64,000 nucleotides of DNA from Beijerinckiaceae bacterium. GTDB taxonomy: Bacteria; Pseudomonadota; Alphaproteobacteria; Rhizobiales; Beijerinckiaceae. Below the pieces are notes generated by a model. The model was not told the DNA's origin and searched no databases. It saw only the letters and a program-made list of their open reading frames with translations. The position numbers and the translations under genes are program-made. Positions 31,320 through 40,879 of the stretch are shown here, in pieces. The stretch covers positions 2,188-66,187 of the forward strand of contig CANGBX010000011.1 of NCBI GenBank assembly GCA_947452455.1. Direction: 5' to 3'. The first letter of the stretch is position 1. Each line of letters opens with the position of its first letter.

Positions 31320-32732
31320 ATGGCCGAACTAGAAGACGAGAAGGCCCTGGTGGCCCCTGACAGCCTGCGGGACGACGAGGGAGAACTGCGTTCATCCTTC
31401 GTTGAGGCGGTGGCTGCTTCTATCGAGGCAGGCGATGCCGACGCTTTGCGCGCGCTCGCAGGTGATCTGCACGAGGCCGATCTGGGTGCGCTCATTGAAG
31501 CGCTTGAAGCCGACCAGCGCACAAGTCTCGTTGAATTGCTCGGCGATGATTTCGACTTCGTCGCACTGACCGAAGTTGATGAAAAAGTCCGCGAAGACAT
31601 TCTCGAAGATCTGACGCCCGAAACGGTCGCCGAAGGTGTGCGCGATCTCGAAAGCGATGACGCTGTCACCATTCTTGAATATCTCGATCCGGAAGATCAG
31701 GAAGAGATTCTCGAGGCGCTGCCCGCGGTTGATCGTCTCGCCATTCAGCGTTCGCTCGATTATCCGGAAAATTCAGCCGGTCGTCTCATGCAGACGACGC
31801 TCGTGCGCACGCCCCCGTTTTGGACGGCGGGCCAGACGCTCGATTTTATTCACGACATTTCCGATGAAGATCTGCCGGATTCCTTCTTCGAAGTTTTTGT
31901 CGTTGATCCCGCCTATCGCCTGTTGGGAAATATTTTCCTCGACAAGCTGGTGCGCGCACGTCGCTCTTCCAAGCTTGAAGAGCTGATGGACCCTGATCGC
32001 CGTCGCGTTTTGGTGACGGATGATCAGGAAGAAGTGGCACGCTTTTTCGAGCGCTATAATCTCGTCTCCGCGCCGGTGGTGGATGAGGCAGATCGTCTTG
32101 TAGGCGTGATTACCATTGACGACATCGTCGACGTTATCCGCGAAGAAGCATCCGAAGATATTGGCGCGCTTGGTGGTGTGTCGCCGAAGGAAGAATTGTC
32201 CGACACGGTTTTGTGGATTACCAAGAGCCGCTTCACTTGGCTCTTCATCAATCTCATCACGGCCTTCATTGCCTCCAGCGTCATCGGCCTGTTCGAAGAT
32301 CAGGTGCAGAAGATGGTGGCTCTGGCCGTGCTGGTGCCGATTGTGGCGAGCCAGGGTGGCAATGCCGCGACACAGACCATGACCATTGCTGTGCGCGCTT
32401 TGGCAACCCGCGAACTGACGCGCGCCAATGCCTGGCGCGTGGTGCGTCGTGAGGCTTTGGTTGGCTGCATCAATGGCGTTGGTTTTGGCATTATCACCGG
32501 CATTGCTGCGGCGACTTGGTTTGGCATGGCGTCTCTGGGCATTGTGATTGCGCTCGCCATGTTCACCAATCTGGTGGCGGGCGCTTTGGGGGGGATTCTC
32601 ATCCCCATCGTGCTCGAAAAATTTGATGCCGATCCGGCTGTGTCATCGGGCGCTTTTGTGACGACTGTTACCGATGTCGTCGGCAATTTCGCTTTTCTCG
32701 GCATTGCGACTTTGTGGTTCAAACTCGGGTAA
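31320..32732 (+). CDS. mgtE: Magnesium transporter MgtE
   Basis: Acidic N-domain, CBS pair (SAGRLM, YNLVSAPVVD, GVITIDD), GGNAATQT, DPAVSSGAFVTTVTD. Confidence 0.96.
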   Translation: MAELEDEKALVAPDSLRDDEGELRSSFVEAVAASIEAGDADALRALAGDLHEADLGALIEALEADQRTSLVELLGDDFDFVALTEVDEKVREDILEDLTPETVAEGVRDLESDDAVTILEYLDPEDQEEILEALPAVDRLAIQRSLDYPENSAGRLMQTTLVRTPPFWTAGQTLDFIHDISDEDLPDSFFEVFVVDPAYRLLGNIFLDKLVRARRSSKLEELMDPDRRRVLVTDDQEEVARFFERYNLVSAPVVDEADRLVGVITIDDIVDVIREEASEDIGALGGVSPKEELSDTVLWITKSRFTWLFINLITAFIASSVIGLFEDQVQKMVALAVLVPIVASQGGNAATQTMTIAVRALATRELTRANAWRVVRREALVGCINGVGFGIITGIAAATWFGMASLGIVIALAMFTNLVAGALGGILIPIVLEKFDADPAVSSGAFVTTVTDVVGNFAFLGIATLWFKLG

Positions 32733-32739
32733 GGGCCCA

Positions 32740-32754
32740 TTAACTCCCTGTTGA
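32740..32754. promoter_or_regulatory. Candidate CtrA box upstream of the GH25 gene
   Basis: TTAA-ctccctg-TTGA, one mismatch from TTAA-N7-TTAA. Confidence 0.4.
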
Positions 32755-32778
32755 CGCGCGCAGATTAATTTCGCGCCT

Positions 32779-33516
32779 ATGCGCACACCCTCTCTTCTTC
32801 TTACGGCTCTTGCCGCTCTTGCTCTCGTTGGCTGTGGCGGGCCCCGCATGCCTGCGGGCTCGCAATTCAGCGGGCCTTATCCGACCGACTTCGAAGTGCA
32901 TGGCATTGATGTCTCCAAATATCAGGGCGACATTGATTGGAATAGCGTGCGTCGTTCGGGCGTCGAATTCGTCTGGATCAAGGCGACCGAGGGTGCCAAT
33001 CACGTCGATGCCAAATTCCAGCAGAATTGGACGGGCGCCAAACAGGCGGGCATTGCGCGCGGCGCTTACCATTTCGTCTGGTGGTGCCGTGATCCGCGCG
33101 AAGAGATCGAATGGTTCAAGGCCAATGTGCCCAATGATCCCGATGCTCTGCCGCCAGTGCTCGATGTCGAAGCCACACCAGATTCCAAAAGCTGCAAGCG
33201 CACCTTGCATCGCGAAGACGTGCTCGCCGACATGCGCATCATGTTGCAGGAAATGGAACGCGCTTATGGCAAGCGTCCGGTGATTTATGTCACGGTCGAT
33301 TTCTACCAGCACGTCATGCATCCGAATGAATTTTCGGATTATCCGGTCTGGGTGCGCAGCGTGAAACATTCGCCGCCCGTGACCTATCCGGGCCGTCGCT
33401 GGGCCTTTTGGCAATATCAGTCCGATGGCCTCGTGCCGGGCATTCGCGGCAAAGTGGACCGCAATGCCTTTGCCGGCACGCGCGCGCAATGGAATGCGTG
33501 GTTGCAGGGGCGCTAA
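32779..33516 (+). CDS. GH25 family lysozyme/muramidase, predicted lipoprotein
   Basis: Lipobox LVGC; GIDVSKYQG, IKATEG, GAYHF, LDVE catalytic DxE, WQY. Confidence 0.93.
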   Translation: MRTPSLLLTALAALALVGCGGPRMPAGSQFSGPYPTDFEVHGIDVSKYQGDIDWNSVRRSGVEFVWIKATEGANHVDAKFQQNWTGAKQAGIARGAYHFVWWCRDPREEIEWFKANVPNDPDALPPVLDVEATPDSKSCKRTLHREDVLADMRIMLQEMERAYGKRPVIYVTVDFYQHVMHPNEFSDYPVWVRSVKHSPPVTYPGRRWAFWQYQSDGLVPGIRGKVDRNAFAGTRAQWNAWLQGR

Positions 33517-33544
33517 CAAGGCGGCGGGGTTGACGCCTTTCCCC

Positions 33545-33626
33545 CGTCATTGAGGGGCCGCAGGCGACGAAGCAACCAGAGCCGCGCGTGAGGCCCCTGC
33601 ATTGCTTCGCTTCGCTCGCAATGACG
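33545..33626. repeat. CGTC-type REP-like palindrome, copy 6 (reverse orientation)
   Basis: cgtcattgaggggccgcaggcgacgaagcaacca...tgcattgcttcgcttcgctcgcaatgacg. Confidence 0.85.
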
Positions 33627-33666
33627 GATCTCCTTTGCTAGGATCGCTCCAAACGGGAGAAACGCA

Positions 33667-34287
33667 ATGCTGAAACTCTGGGGCCGTCTCAATTCGCTGA
33701 ATGTGCAAAAGGTCGTCCTCGCGCTGGAGGAGATCGGCACGCCCTATGAGCGCATCGATGCTGGCCTGCAATTCGGCCATAATAAAACCCCCGAATATCT
33801 GGCCAAAAATCCCATGGGCCTCGTGCCCGTGCTGGAAGAAGATGATTTCGTTTTGTGGGAGAGCAATGCGATCACGCGTTATCTCTGCGCCAAATATGCA
33901 CCGACCACGCTTTATTATGCCGATCTGCGTGCGCGCGCCGATGCCGAGCGCTGGATGGAATGGCAGGGCGGCAGTTTGAATACGGCTCTGGTGCCGGCTT
34001 TTTATAATCTCGTGCGCGTCGTGCCAGAAAAGCGCGACATGGTGGCGGTGGAAGCCTCACGCCTCAAAGTGATAGACCTCGTCGCCATGTTTGATGCGCA
34101 TTTGAAGGGCCGCGATTTCGTCTCGGGCGCACATTACGGCTATGGTGATATCGGCATGATGCCAATCATCCATCGCTGGTTGCACATGCCATGCGAGCGC
34201 GCATCAGCACCCCATGTCGAGGCTTGGTATCAACGCTTGATGCAGCGCGCCGCATGCGAGCGTGTGTTGACGCTGCCGCTCAGCTGA
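33667..34287 (+). CDS. Glutathione S-transferase family protein
   Basis: SLNVQKV, NPMGLVPVL, LWESNAITRYL. Confidence 0.93.
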   Translation: MLKLWGRLNSLNVQKVVLALEEIGTPYERIDAGLQFGHNKTPEYLAKNPMGLVPVLEEDDFVLWESNAITRYLCAKYAPTTLYYADLRARADAERWMEWQGGSLNTALVPAFYNLVRVVPEKRDMVAVEASRLKVIDLVAMFDAHLKGRDFVSGAHYGYGDIGMMPIIHRWLHMPCERASAPHVEAWYQRLMQRAACERVLTLPLS

Positions 34288-34605
34288 TCAGGCTTCTGTC
34301 TCTTCATCAGCATGGGGTTCCGTATCCACGGAACCCGGCAGGCCCAAGCGATAGATGCCGCGGAAATCTTCCGGATCAGCCGGCTCGCCTTTGCGATAGA
34401 TGATGATCTTTTCCGCGCGCGCGAGGCCAATGGCAGCATTGCGCACTTCGCGTGCCCATGTGCCGGCGCTTGCATCATCGCCCTTACGGCCTTCGGCAAA
34501 ATGTTTGGCAACGACCATCGGGTTGATGCGGCGCCCATCTGCTTCGTGAAGCATGCGCATGATGAGCGCTTCGAGCGTGGGTTTCTTTTTCTTGGGCTCT
34601 GTCAC
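34288..34605 (-). CDS. DUF3253-like small protein
   Basis: INP..VAK...VRNAAIGLARAEKIIIYRKGEPADP..FRGIYRL pattern. Confidence 0.75.
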   Translation of the reverse strand: MTEPKKKKPTLEALIMRMLHEADGRRINPMVVAKHFAEGRKGDDASAGTWAREVRNAAIGLARAEKIIIYRKGEPADPEDFRGIYRLGLPGSVDTEPHADEETEA

Positions 34606-35309
34606 GCTTGTGTCTCCGGCGGCTCGTAATTCACGGCCTCTTGAGCATCCGACATATATTGGCGCGCAGACATCACGACCAGAATAGCGGCTGTTGTTGC
34701 CATAAAGGCATAAGGTCCCGCAAACCAGCCGAAATAAGCCAAAGCGAAAAAGAAAGCACGTTGTCCGCGTGTGAAATGGCGCCCCGCCGCAATATTCATC
34801 TTGGCGGCGCGCATCGCGGTGCGGCGGCGCTCTTCCTTATCGGGTGACATTTTCTGCGGGGTCGCACCGACCAGGATCGCCGTATAGTTGAACAGGCGAT
34901 AGGACCAGGCGAATTTGAAAAAGGCATAGCCGAAGATCAGGATGAGGCCGACGATCTTCAATTCCCACAAAGTTCGCGTCTGGTCCGCGCCAAAGGGGAG
35001 GTCGGCAAAAATTTTCAACAGATCATCGGTGGCGCGCAACAGGGTGGATACGCCGCCAATCGCGAGCAGAGAGGTGGAGGCAAAAAAGGCCGTGCCATTT
35101 TGCAGCGAGGCCATGAGGGAGGAATCCATAATGCGGTTTTCACGCTCGGACATTTCGAGCATCCAGCGCACGCGGTAATTATCCATCAGGCGATTGAGGC
35201 CCTTATCGGCTGCCGGCCCATGGCCGATCAGCACATGATAGGCAGCCCAAGCGGCGATGAAAAAGCCGAGGGCGAGGAGATCAGGCGATGTCAGGCCAAA
35301 GTCTTTCAC
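34602..35309 (-). CDS. DUF599 family membrane protein
   Basis: ENRIMD..LMASLQNGTAFFASTS, FFKFAWSYRLFNY, GQRAFFFA. Confidence 0.85.
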   Translation of the reverse strand: MKDFGLTSPDLLALGFFIAAWAAYHVLIGHGPAADKGLNRLMDNYRVRWMLEMSERENRIMDSSLMASLQNGTAFFASTSLLAIGGVSTLLRATDDLLKIFADLPFGADQTRTLWELKIVGLILIFGYAFFKFAWSYRLFNYTAILVGATPQKMSPDKEERRRTAMRAAKMNIAAGRHFTRGQRAFFFALAYFGWFAGPYAFMATTAAILVVMSARQYMSDAQEAVNYEPPETQA

Positions 35310-35456
35310 GGCAGGCTTTCCGGCTCTGGAGAAGGAATCACTCCGAAGCCCAGATTAGCGGGCAGGGCCTTGCGGCGCGACCCTTGTCAGTTCGGGGCTG
35401 CTATGCGCGCCATTTATAGCTAGGCTAGAGTTTCTGACGGCGAGGAGGCGAGGCAC

Positions 35457-36215
35457 ATGCAAGGAGCAGGCGGCATTGCGCTGGTGACGGGGGCGGGGTC
35501 AGGCATTGGCCGCGCGACCGCTTTGGCATTGGCAGAAGCAGGCTGGACTTTGGTGCTGGCGGGTCGGCGGCCCGAGCCTCTGGACGAGGTGGCAGCCCTC
35601 ATTCGCAAACAGGGTGGCGAAGCTTTGCCTTTGCCAAGTGACGTCTCGGATGAAGAGAGCGTCGATGCTTTGTTCAATGAAGTACAACGTCTCTATGGCC
35701 GCTTGGATTTGTTGTTCAACAATGCAGGGCTCTTTTCGCCTGCCGTCTTGCTGGAAGATCTGACCTATGGACAATGGCGCCAGATGGTCGATGTCAATCT
35801 GTCAGGCGTCTTTCTCTGCACGCGCGCTGCTTTTCGTTTGATGAAAGCGCAAGATCCGATGGGCGGGCGCATCATCAACAATGGCTCGATCTCGGCCCAT
35901 GTGCCGCGCCCGAATTCCGCGCCCTACACATCGACCAAACATGCGGTGACGGGCCTCACCAAATCCGCAGCGCTTGATGGGCGCAAATATAATATTGCTG
36001 TCGGCCAGATCGACATCGGCAATGCGGAGACGGATATGGTGGCGCGCATGAAGACCGGCGTGGCTCAGCCCGATGGGCGTATCCTGCCCGAGGCGGTGAT
36101 GGATGTGAGCCATGCCGCCAAGGCGGTGGTCAATATGGCCAGCCTGCCTCTGGACGCGAATGTTCTGTTCATGACCGTCATGGCAACCAAAATGCCCTTT
36201 GTCGGACGCGGCTAA
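35457..36215 (+). CDS. Short-chain dehydrogenase/reductase
   Basis: [17 protein letters not shown] (YxxxK). Confidence 0.93.
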   Translation: MQGAGGIALVTGAGSGIGRATALALAEAGWTLVLAGRRPEPLDEVAALIRKQGGEALPLPSDVSDEESVDALFNEVQRLYGRLDLLFNNAGLFSPAVLLEDLTYGQWRQMVDVNLSGVFLCTRAAFRLMKAQDPMGGRIINNGSISAHVPRPNSAPYTSTKHAVTGLTKSAALDGRKYNIAVGQIDIGNAETDMVARMKTGVAQPDGRILPEAVMDVSHAAKAVVNMASLPLDANVLFMTVMATKMPFVGRG

Positions 36216-36233
36216 GGCGGCTAGACGAGGCAT

Positions 36234-36671
36234 ATGGCACTTCATCTCATCAAACTCTGCGTCGGCGCTGAATCGATCAAGGACCTCGAGGACTGGATCG
36301 AACTCAAGCTTCGCCAAATGAAAAAAGACGGGCGCAAGCCCGAGCAATATCACACGACACGCATGCTCCCTAAGCGCGTGGATGAAATCCTCGACGGTGG
36401 TTCGCTCTATTGGGTGATCAAGGGACAAATTGCTGCGCGTCAGGAAATGCGCGACATCCGTCCTTTCACCGATAGCGAAGGCATTTCACGTTGCCATCTT
36501 GTGCTGGAGACAAAAGTCATTCCGGTGATGCCGCGCCCCTGCCGCCCGTTTCAAGGCTGGCGCTATTTGAAGGATGAAGAAGCGCCGCGCGATCTGGGTG
36601 AGGGCGGTGCGGATGTTGCACTCATGCCTGAAGAGCTGCGCCGTGAATTGCGCGAATTGGGATTGCTCTGA
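36234..36671 (+). CDS. DUF1489 family protein
   Basis: LHLIKLCVGA.SI.DL..W, TRMLPKR, GGSLYWVIKG, RPFQGWRYL. Confidence 0.87.
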   Translation: MALHLIKLCVGAESIKDLEDWIELKLRQMKKDGRKPEQYHTTRMLPKRVDEILDGGSLYWVIKGQIAARQEMRDIRPFTDSEGISRCHLVLETKVIPVMPRPCRPFQGWRYLKDEEAPRDLGEGGADVALMPEELRRELRELGLL

Positions 36672-36674
36672 TCC

Positions 36675-37388
36675 ATGATCATCAATCTCCTCATCGCGCT
36701 TGCTATCATATTCGGTGTCTATCACGCGATCCGCTTTGCCGGACGCGCGCCGCCGAAAGTTTTGGTGCGTGCGGTGAAAATGGCAGGCGGCATTGCAGCC
36801 TGCGGTGTGGCCGGACTTTTGTTCCTGCGCGGACATAGCGAGATTGCCATTGCGTTGATTGGTCTGGGCGCATGGATTGCGGGCTATGGCGTTGCGCCGC
36901 AATGGCTGCAGCGTTTCAAAGGGGGTAAGCCCGGCGCACAGCGCTCGGCGATGATCGAGATTGAAATTGATCCGGCCTCGGGGGCGATGCAGGGCGTGGT
37001 GCTGGCTGGCACATACGAAGGGCGCCAGCTCGGTGAACTGACGCCCGCAGAATGTAATGGTCTCTATCAGGAAGTCTTTGCCGCTGATCAGGCAGGCGCG
37101 CGTCTGTTAGAGATTTATTTTGACCGCCGCTTTCCCGGCTGGCGTCAGGCAAGCGAGAGTGACGCGAATGCGGGGAGCCGCCAAGCGGCCCAACACCGTG
37201 TCACTGGCGCGATGACCGAGGATGAAGCTTATGAAGTCCTGGGGCTTGGGAAGGGTGCCACGCGTGACGAAATTACGTCCGCTCATCGCACGCTCATGAA
37301 GAAACTGCATCCCGACCACGGGGGGACGACGGCTTTGGCTGCGCGTGTCAACGAGGCTAAGGAAATCCTGATGCGTCGTCATCAGTAA
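36675..37388 (+). CDS. Membrane-anchored DnaJ-domain protein
   Basis: N-terminal TM helices; C-terminal J domain AYEVLGL...KKLHPDHGG. Confidence 0.9.
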   Translation: MIINLLIALAIIFGVYHAIRFAGRAPPKVLVRAVKMAGGIAACGVAGLLFLRGHSEIAIALIGLGAWIAGYGVAPQWLQRFKGGKPGAQRSAMIEIEIDPASGAMQGVVLAGTYEGRQLGELTPAECNGLYQEVFAADQAGARLLEIYFDRRFPGWRQASESDANAGSRQAAQHRVTGAMTEDEAYEVLGLGKGATRDEITSAHRTLMKKLHPDHGGTTALAARVNEAKEILMRRHQ

Positions 37389-37393
37389 GGCCC

Positions 37394-38905
37394 TCAGTTC
37401 TTGGTGGTGAAGCAGCTCATGCCCGAGCGCTTCAAGGATTTGCAGGCGGCTTCAGCTTGTGTTTCCGACAGGCCCGCAAAACGCGCGCGATAGACTGTCT
37501 TGCGACCTTTGCTGATTTTCTCTGTCACAGGTGTTGCTTTGGCGAGCGTGCCTTTGCTGGCTGTCTTGGCGCGCGAGATCAAAGCCTGTGCTTTTTTCGG
37601 CGCATCCGTCGCGCCGATCTGGATCATCACGCCCTTTGCCTTGGCGGGCGCTGCCTTTTCAACTGCGGCGACTTTCTTGGTCGGAGCAGCGGGTTCAATG
37701 CGCGCATATTTGGGTTCGGCGCGCGTGGTCATTTTCGGTGCAGGCGCGTCAGCTCCTTGCGCGCCATTCACCCAGCGCATGCCGTTGGCCTGTGCGGGTG
37801 GCACGACAGCCGCCGCATTCAAAGACGGGCGATTGGCATTGTCGATCGATACGCCGTGATAGGCGACGGGGTCAGTTGAGGCGACTTGCACGGGACGTGA
37901 TGGTGCGGCCGCTTCTGTTCCGGTGCGCGAGACTTGCACGCGGGTTTCAGGTTTGGCTTGCGCCTTTGCCGTGACGACAGGTTCCATCCGCGCATTGGCA
38001 AAAACCGACGGTGCTGTTTTCACATGCGATGCATATTGGATTTTGTCGGTGATCAGATTGGCCATAATGCGGTCGCGTGCCGCCGCTGATGTGCCACCCA
38101 ACACCGCGGCCACCACATGCTGTCCATCGCGACGCACGGAGGTGAGCAGATTAAAGCCCGACGCATTGGTGAAGCCGGTCTTGATGCCGTCCACGCCTTC
38201 AATGCGACCCAGCAGATTATTATGATTGCGGATCGACTGGCCCGCATAGCGGAAGTTGGAAGTGGCGAAATAGCTGTAATATTTCGGGAAGCGTTCTTGA
38301 ATGGCGCGTCCGAGCAGAACGAGATCGCGTGCGGTGGTGACTTGGCGCTTGTCAGGCAGGCCCGAAGCATTTGCATATACCGTGCGCGACATGCCAAGCG
38401 AACGCGCTTTGGCGGTCATCATCTCGGCAAAGCGGGCTTCCGAGCCACCGATATGTTCAGCAATGGCGGCGGCCACATCATTGGCCGAGCGGGTCACGAG
38501 AGCTTTGATCGCATCTTCCGCAGAGATTTCATCACCCGCCGAGAGATAAAGCTTTGACGGCTTCATGGAGGCCGCATGGCGCGACACGCGGATCGGCGAG
38601 TCGAGTGTCATCTTGCCGCGCTCAAGCTGCTCAAACAGCATGTAGAGCGTCATGACCTTCGTCACGGAAGCGGGATGGCGAAGCTCGTTCTCGCTCTTGG
38701 CGTAGAGAATCTTATTGGTGTTCGCATCAACGACGAGCGCTGCGAAGGGCGGCGTGTAGCCGGTGATCACATGCGGGCGCTTGCCCTTTTTCTTTTTCTG
38801 GGCGGCCTGCGCTTCCATCGGGGGGATTGCGAGCGAGAAAATGAGGCCAACGCCTGCCAGAATTGCAAAGGCTCGGCTTCTCTGGCCCGCAACACGCATC
38901 ATCAT
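37394..38905 (-). CDS. D-alanyl-D-alanine carboxypeptidase (peptidase S11) with C-terminal SPOR domain
   Basis: SVTK (SxxK), SAN (SxN), KTG; C-terminal IQIGA...YRARFAG. Confidence 0.93.
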   Translation of the reverse strand: MMMRVAGQRSRAFAILAGVGLIFSLAIPPMEAQAAQKKKKGKRPHVITGYTPPFAALVVDANTNKILYAKSENELRHPASVTKVMTLYMLFEQLERGKMTLDSPIRVSRHAASMKPSKLYLSAGDEISAEDAIKALVTRSANDVAAAIAEHIGGSEARFAEMMTAKARSLGMSRTVYANASGLPDKRQVTTARDLVLLGRAIQERFPKYYSYFATSNFRYAGQSIRNHNNLLGRIEGVDGIKTGFTNASGFNLLTSVRRDGQHVVAAVLGGTSAAARDRIMANLITDKIQYASHVKTAPSVFANARMEPVVTAKAQAKPETRVQVSRTGTEAAAPSRPVQVASTDPVAYHGVSIDNANRPSLNAAAVVPPAQANGMRWVNGAQGADAPAPKMTTRAEPKYARIEPAAPTKKVAAVEKAAPAKAKGVMIQIGATDAPKKAQALISRAKTASKGTLAKATPVTEKISKGRKTVYRARFAGLSETQAEAACKSLKRSGMSCFTTKN

Positions 38906-38988
38906 TCGCTTTAACCCCGACCGCCTGGGTCTGGACCTTCCGGACCGTCACCCAAAAACAACAGTCCGGCCAAGTTAAGTGAACGCGG

Positions 38989-39003
38989 TTACGACAGAGT
39001 TAA
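38989..39003. promoter_or_regulatory. Candidate CtrA box upstream of the DD-carboxypeptidase gene
   Basis: TTAC-gacagag-TTAA, one mismatch from consensus, in a TTAA-rich intergenic region. Confidence 0.45.
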
Positions 39004-39254
39004 TCTTGGCTTTCCAAAGGGCGAGTTTTCTTAAGGCCAGATAGGGGCTTACCCGCGACCTTGATGAGGTTTCTGCAAATATCTTCAAAAAAAGACCGGC
39101 TTCTCGGGAACATTTATCTGCGCAACTCGTTCTTTACTTACTGAGGCAGCGTTTGGTTAAGCATCCAGCCCTTTGAATTCAAGCAGTTAAGTTCACTAGC
39201 TGTTTCAAAAACCCGTTTTGGATCAGCTGACTTTGCTTTTTAATGGAGGAAGAT

Positions 39255-39626
39255 ATGCGCGCCACTTCGTTATCAATATCCGTGCTCGCAGCGGTTCTTC
39301 TGGCAGGCTGCGGGCCGAAAGACCGATCCGTAGAATTTTACACTCAGGCAGAGAATGCCGCCGAATTCGCGGATGCGCTCGAAATCTGCAAAAAATCGGG
39401 TTTGAGCCAAAAAGATAAGTGCGTCGCTGTCTGGCAGGCGAAATCCCAGATGGATGCAGCTGAGGACAAGGCGCTCCGCAAGCGAGCCGTCAGCGAATTG
39501 TACGGGATCACCGTGGTCCCGAAGTCGCCTGTACGGGAGCCTGTTTCTGAAGGCGCTTCTGCGCACCAATCCACAAATGTGGAGACCGCCACGGCCAATA
39601 TGGACAGCCCCAATTCAAACAATTGA
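39255..39626 (+). CDS. Lipoprotein resembling EexN-family entry-exclusion proteins
   Basis: GGAGGA SD; lipobox LAGC; then RSVEFY...IC(x10)C.A, followed by a low-complexity tail. Coding status is fairly confident; the family call is tentative. Confidence 0.6.
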   Translation: MRATSLSISVLAAVLLAGCGPKDRSVEFYTQAENAAEFADALEICKKSGLSQKDKCVAVWQAKSQMDAAEDKALRKRAVSELYGITVVPKSPVREPVSEGASAHQSTNVETATANMDSPNSNN

Positions 39627-39656
39627 ATGGGTGATTGGACGATCAGACGTTAATTA

Positions 39657-39702
39657 TTGTGCGGCGCACAAAATCTTCTTGACTTAATGGTGCGCTGCAC
39701 AT
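39657..39702. promoter_or_regulatory. Tandem PhaR-type operators flanking a TTGACT -35 upstream of the phasin gene
   Basis: ttgtgcggcgcacaa (near-perfect palindrome) and tgcgctgcacat. Confidence 0.7.
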
Positions 39703-39780
39703 AATTATGATTCAACGGCAGCTTGAAAAGGATCACTGCCGCGGATCAGCCGCCAGACTAGGCGGCCGTTTTAAAGGCAG

Positions 39781-40128
39781 ATGACCATGTTCAAGAACAT
39801 CGAAGACATCCAGGCTTTCTCGAAGGACCAGCTCGAATCCGCCACGGCCACAGCCACTGCGCTGACCAAGAGCGTGCAGCAGATTGCTGCTGAAGCTGCT
39901 GAATTCTCGAAGAAGTCGCTCGAAACACAGACGGCTTTCGTCGAAAAGCTGTTCGGCGCCAAGTCGCTCGATAGCGCCATCCAGATCCAGCAGGACTATG
40001 CCAAGTCTTCTTATGAGACCTTTGTTGCCCAGGCGACGAAGTTCAGCGAGCTCTACACGGGCCTCGCCAAAGAAGCCCTGAAGCCTGTCGAAGCTGTTGT
40101 GGCTAAGGCCCAGACTTTCGCCAAGTAA
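39781..40128 (+). CDS. Phasin (PHA granule-associated protein)
   Basis: Amphipathic helical protein with K.FGAKSLDSAIQIQQDYAKSSYE.FV.Q.TK.SELY..LAKEA.KP pattern. Confidence 0.88.
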   Translation: MTMFKNIEDIQAFSKDQLESATATATALTKSVQQIAAEAAEFSKKSLETQTAFVEKLFGAKSLDSAIQIQQDYAKSSYETFVAQATKFSELYTGLAKEALKPVEAVVAKAQTFAK

Positions 40129-40179
40129 GGCGCGAATTTTAGGCGCCTTCTGCCCCCTAGGCAGTACTTAAAAAAAATC

Positions 40180-40206
40180 AAAGGCCCGGTTTGTCCGGGC
40201 CTTTTT
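40180..40206 (+). terminator. Intrinsic terminator after phasin
   Basis: aaaggcccgg-tttgt-ccgggcctttt. Confidence 0.8.
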
Positions 40207-40465
40207 CTTTTAATTCAATGTTTTGAACAGGTTCCTGTCCACAGGCGGTCATTTAATGCCAGCTTTTCATCATCTTCCTGTCCGGATCATATTGGCATGG
40301 TGATTGCCATGCACATAGACTGACAGTGGCTCCTGTGGGCGACTCTCGTCCGTTGCGGCAAGTGACGGCCGCGGCCAAATTCCACAGGGTCCGGGTAGGG
40401 TTGGCCCCTTACCATCTGCGTATGACGGCCTACATGACAAGTAGACTGGGGTTGAGGACGGAAAA

Positions 40466-40870
40466 GTGACGGTCGGCAGGTTTTCGGTTCGGATCGGAAT
40501 AGGCGGGGGCAAAGTGCCCTTGTTGCCGCTTCGTGCCGCGCGCGAGCCCCGCAAGGGCGACCCCGGAAACAATGGTTCCGGGACGGCTGTGATCACCCGT
40601 ACCAAAACCCAGACGAAGAAGCCGAGCATGTATCGCGTTCTCTTGTTGAACGATGATTACACGCCGATGGAATTTGTGACCCACGTCTTGATGAGATTTT
40701 TCAACAAGGATGCCGATGAAGCGAGCCGAATTATGATGCATGTGCATCAGCATGGTGTCGGCGAGTGCGGCGTATTTACTTACGAAGTTGCGGAAACCAA
40801 GGTCACAATGGTCATGGATTTCGCCCGGAAACATCAGCACCCTTTGCAATGCATTATGGAAAAGAAGTGA
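40466..40870 (+). CDS. clpS: ATP-dependent Clp protease adaptor ClpS (start uncertain)
   Basis: [31 protein letters not shown]. Confidence 0.96.
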   Translation: MTVGRFSVRIGIGGGKVPLLPLRAAREPRKGDPGNNGSGTAVITRTKTQTKKPSMYRVLLLNDDYTPMEFVTHVLMRFFNKDADEASRIMMHVHQHGVGECGVFTYEVAETKVTMVMDFARKHQHPLQCIMEKK

Positions 40871-40879
40871 GAGCCTCCC

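Noticed and set aside
31069-31320. tRNA-Leu as an island integration site
   Set aside because: It is followed directly by mgtE. I found no integrase and no duplicated tRNA 3' end in the window.
40466-40570. Unusually long ClpS N-terminus
   Set aside because: The start codon is ambiguous and ClpS N-termini are variable, so there is no support for novelty.
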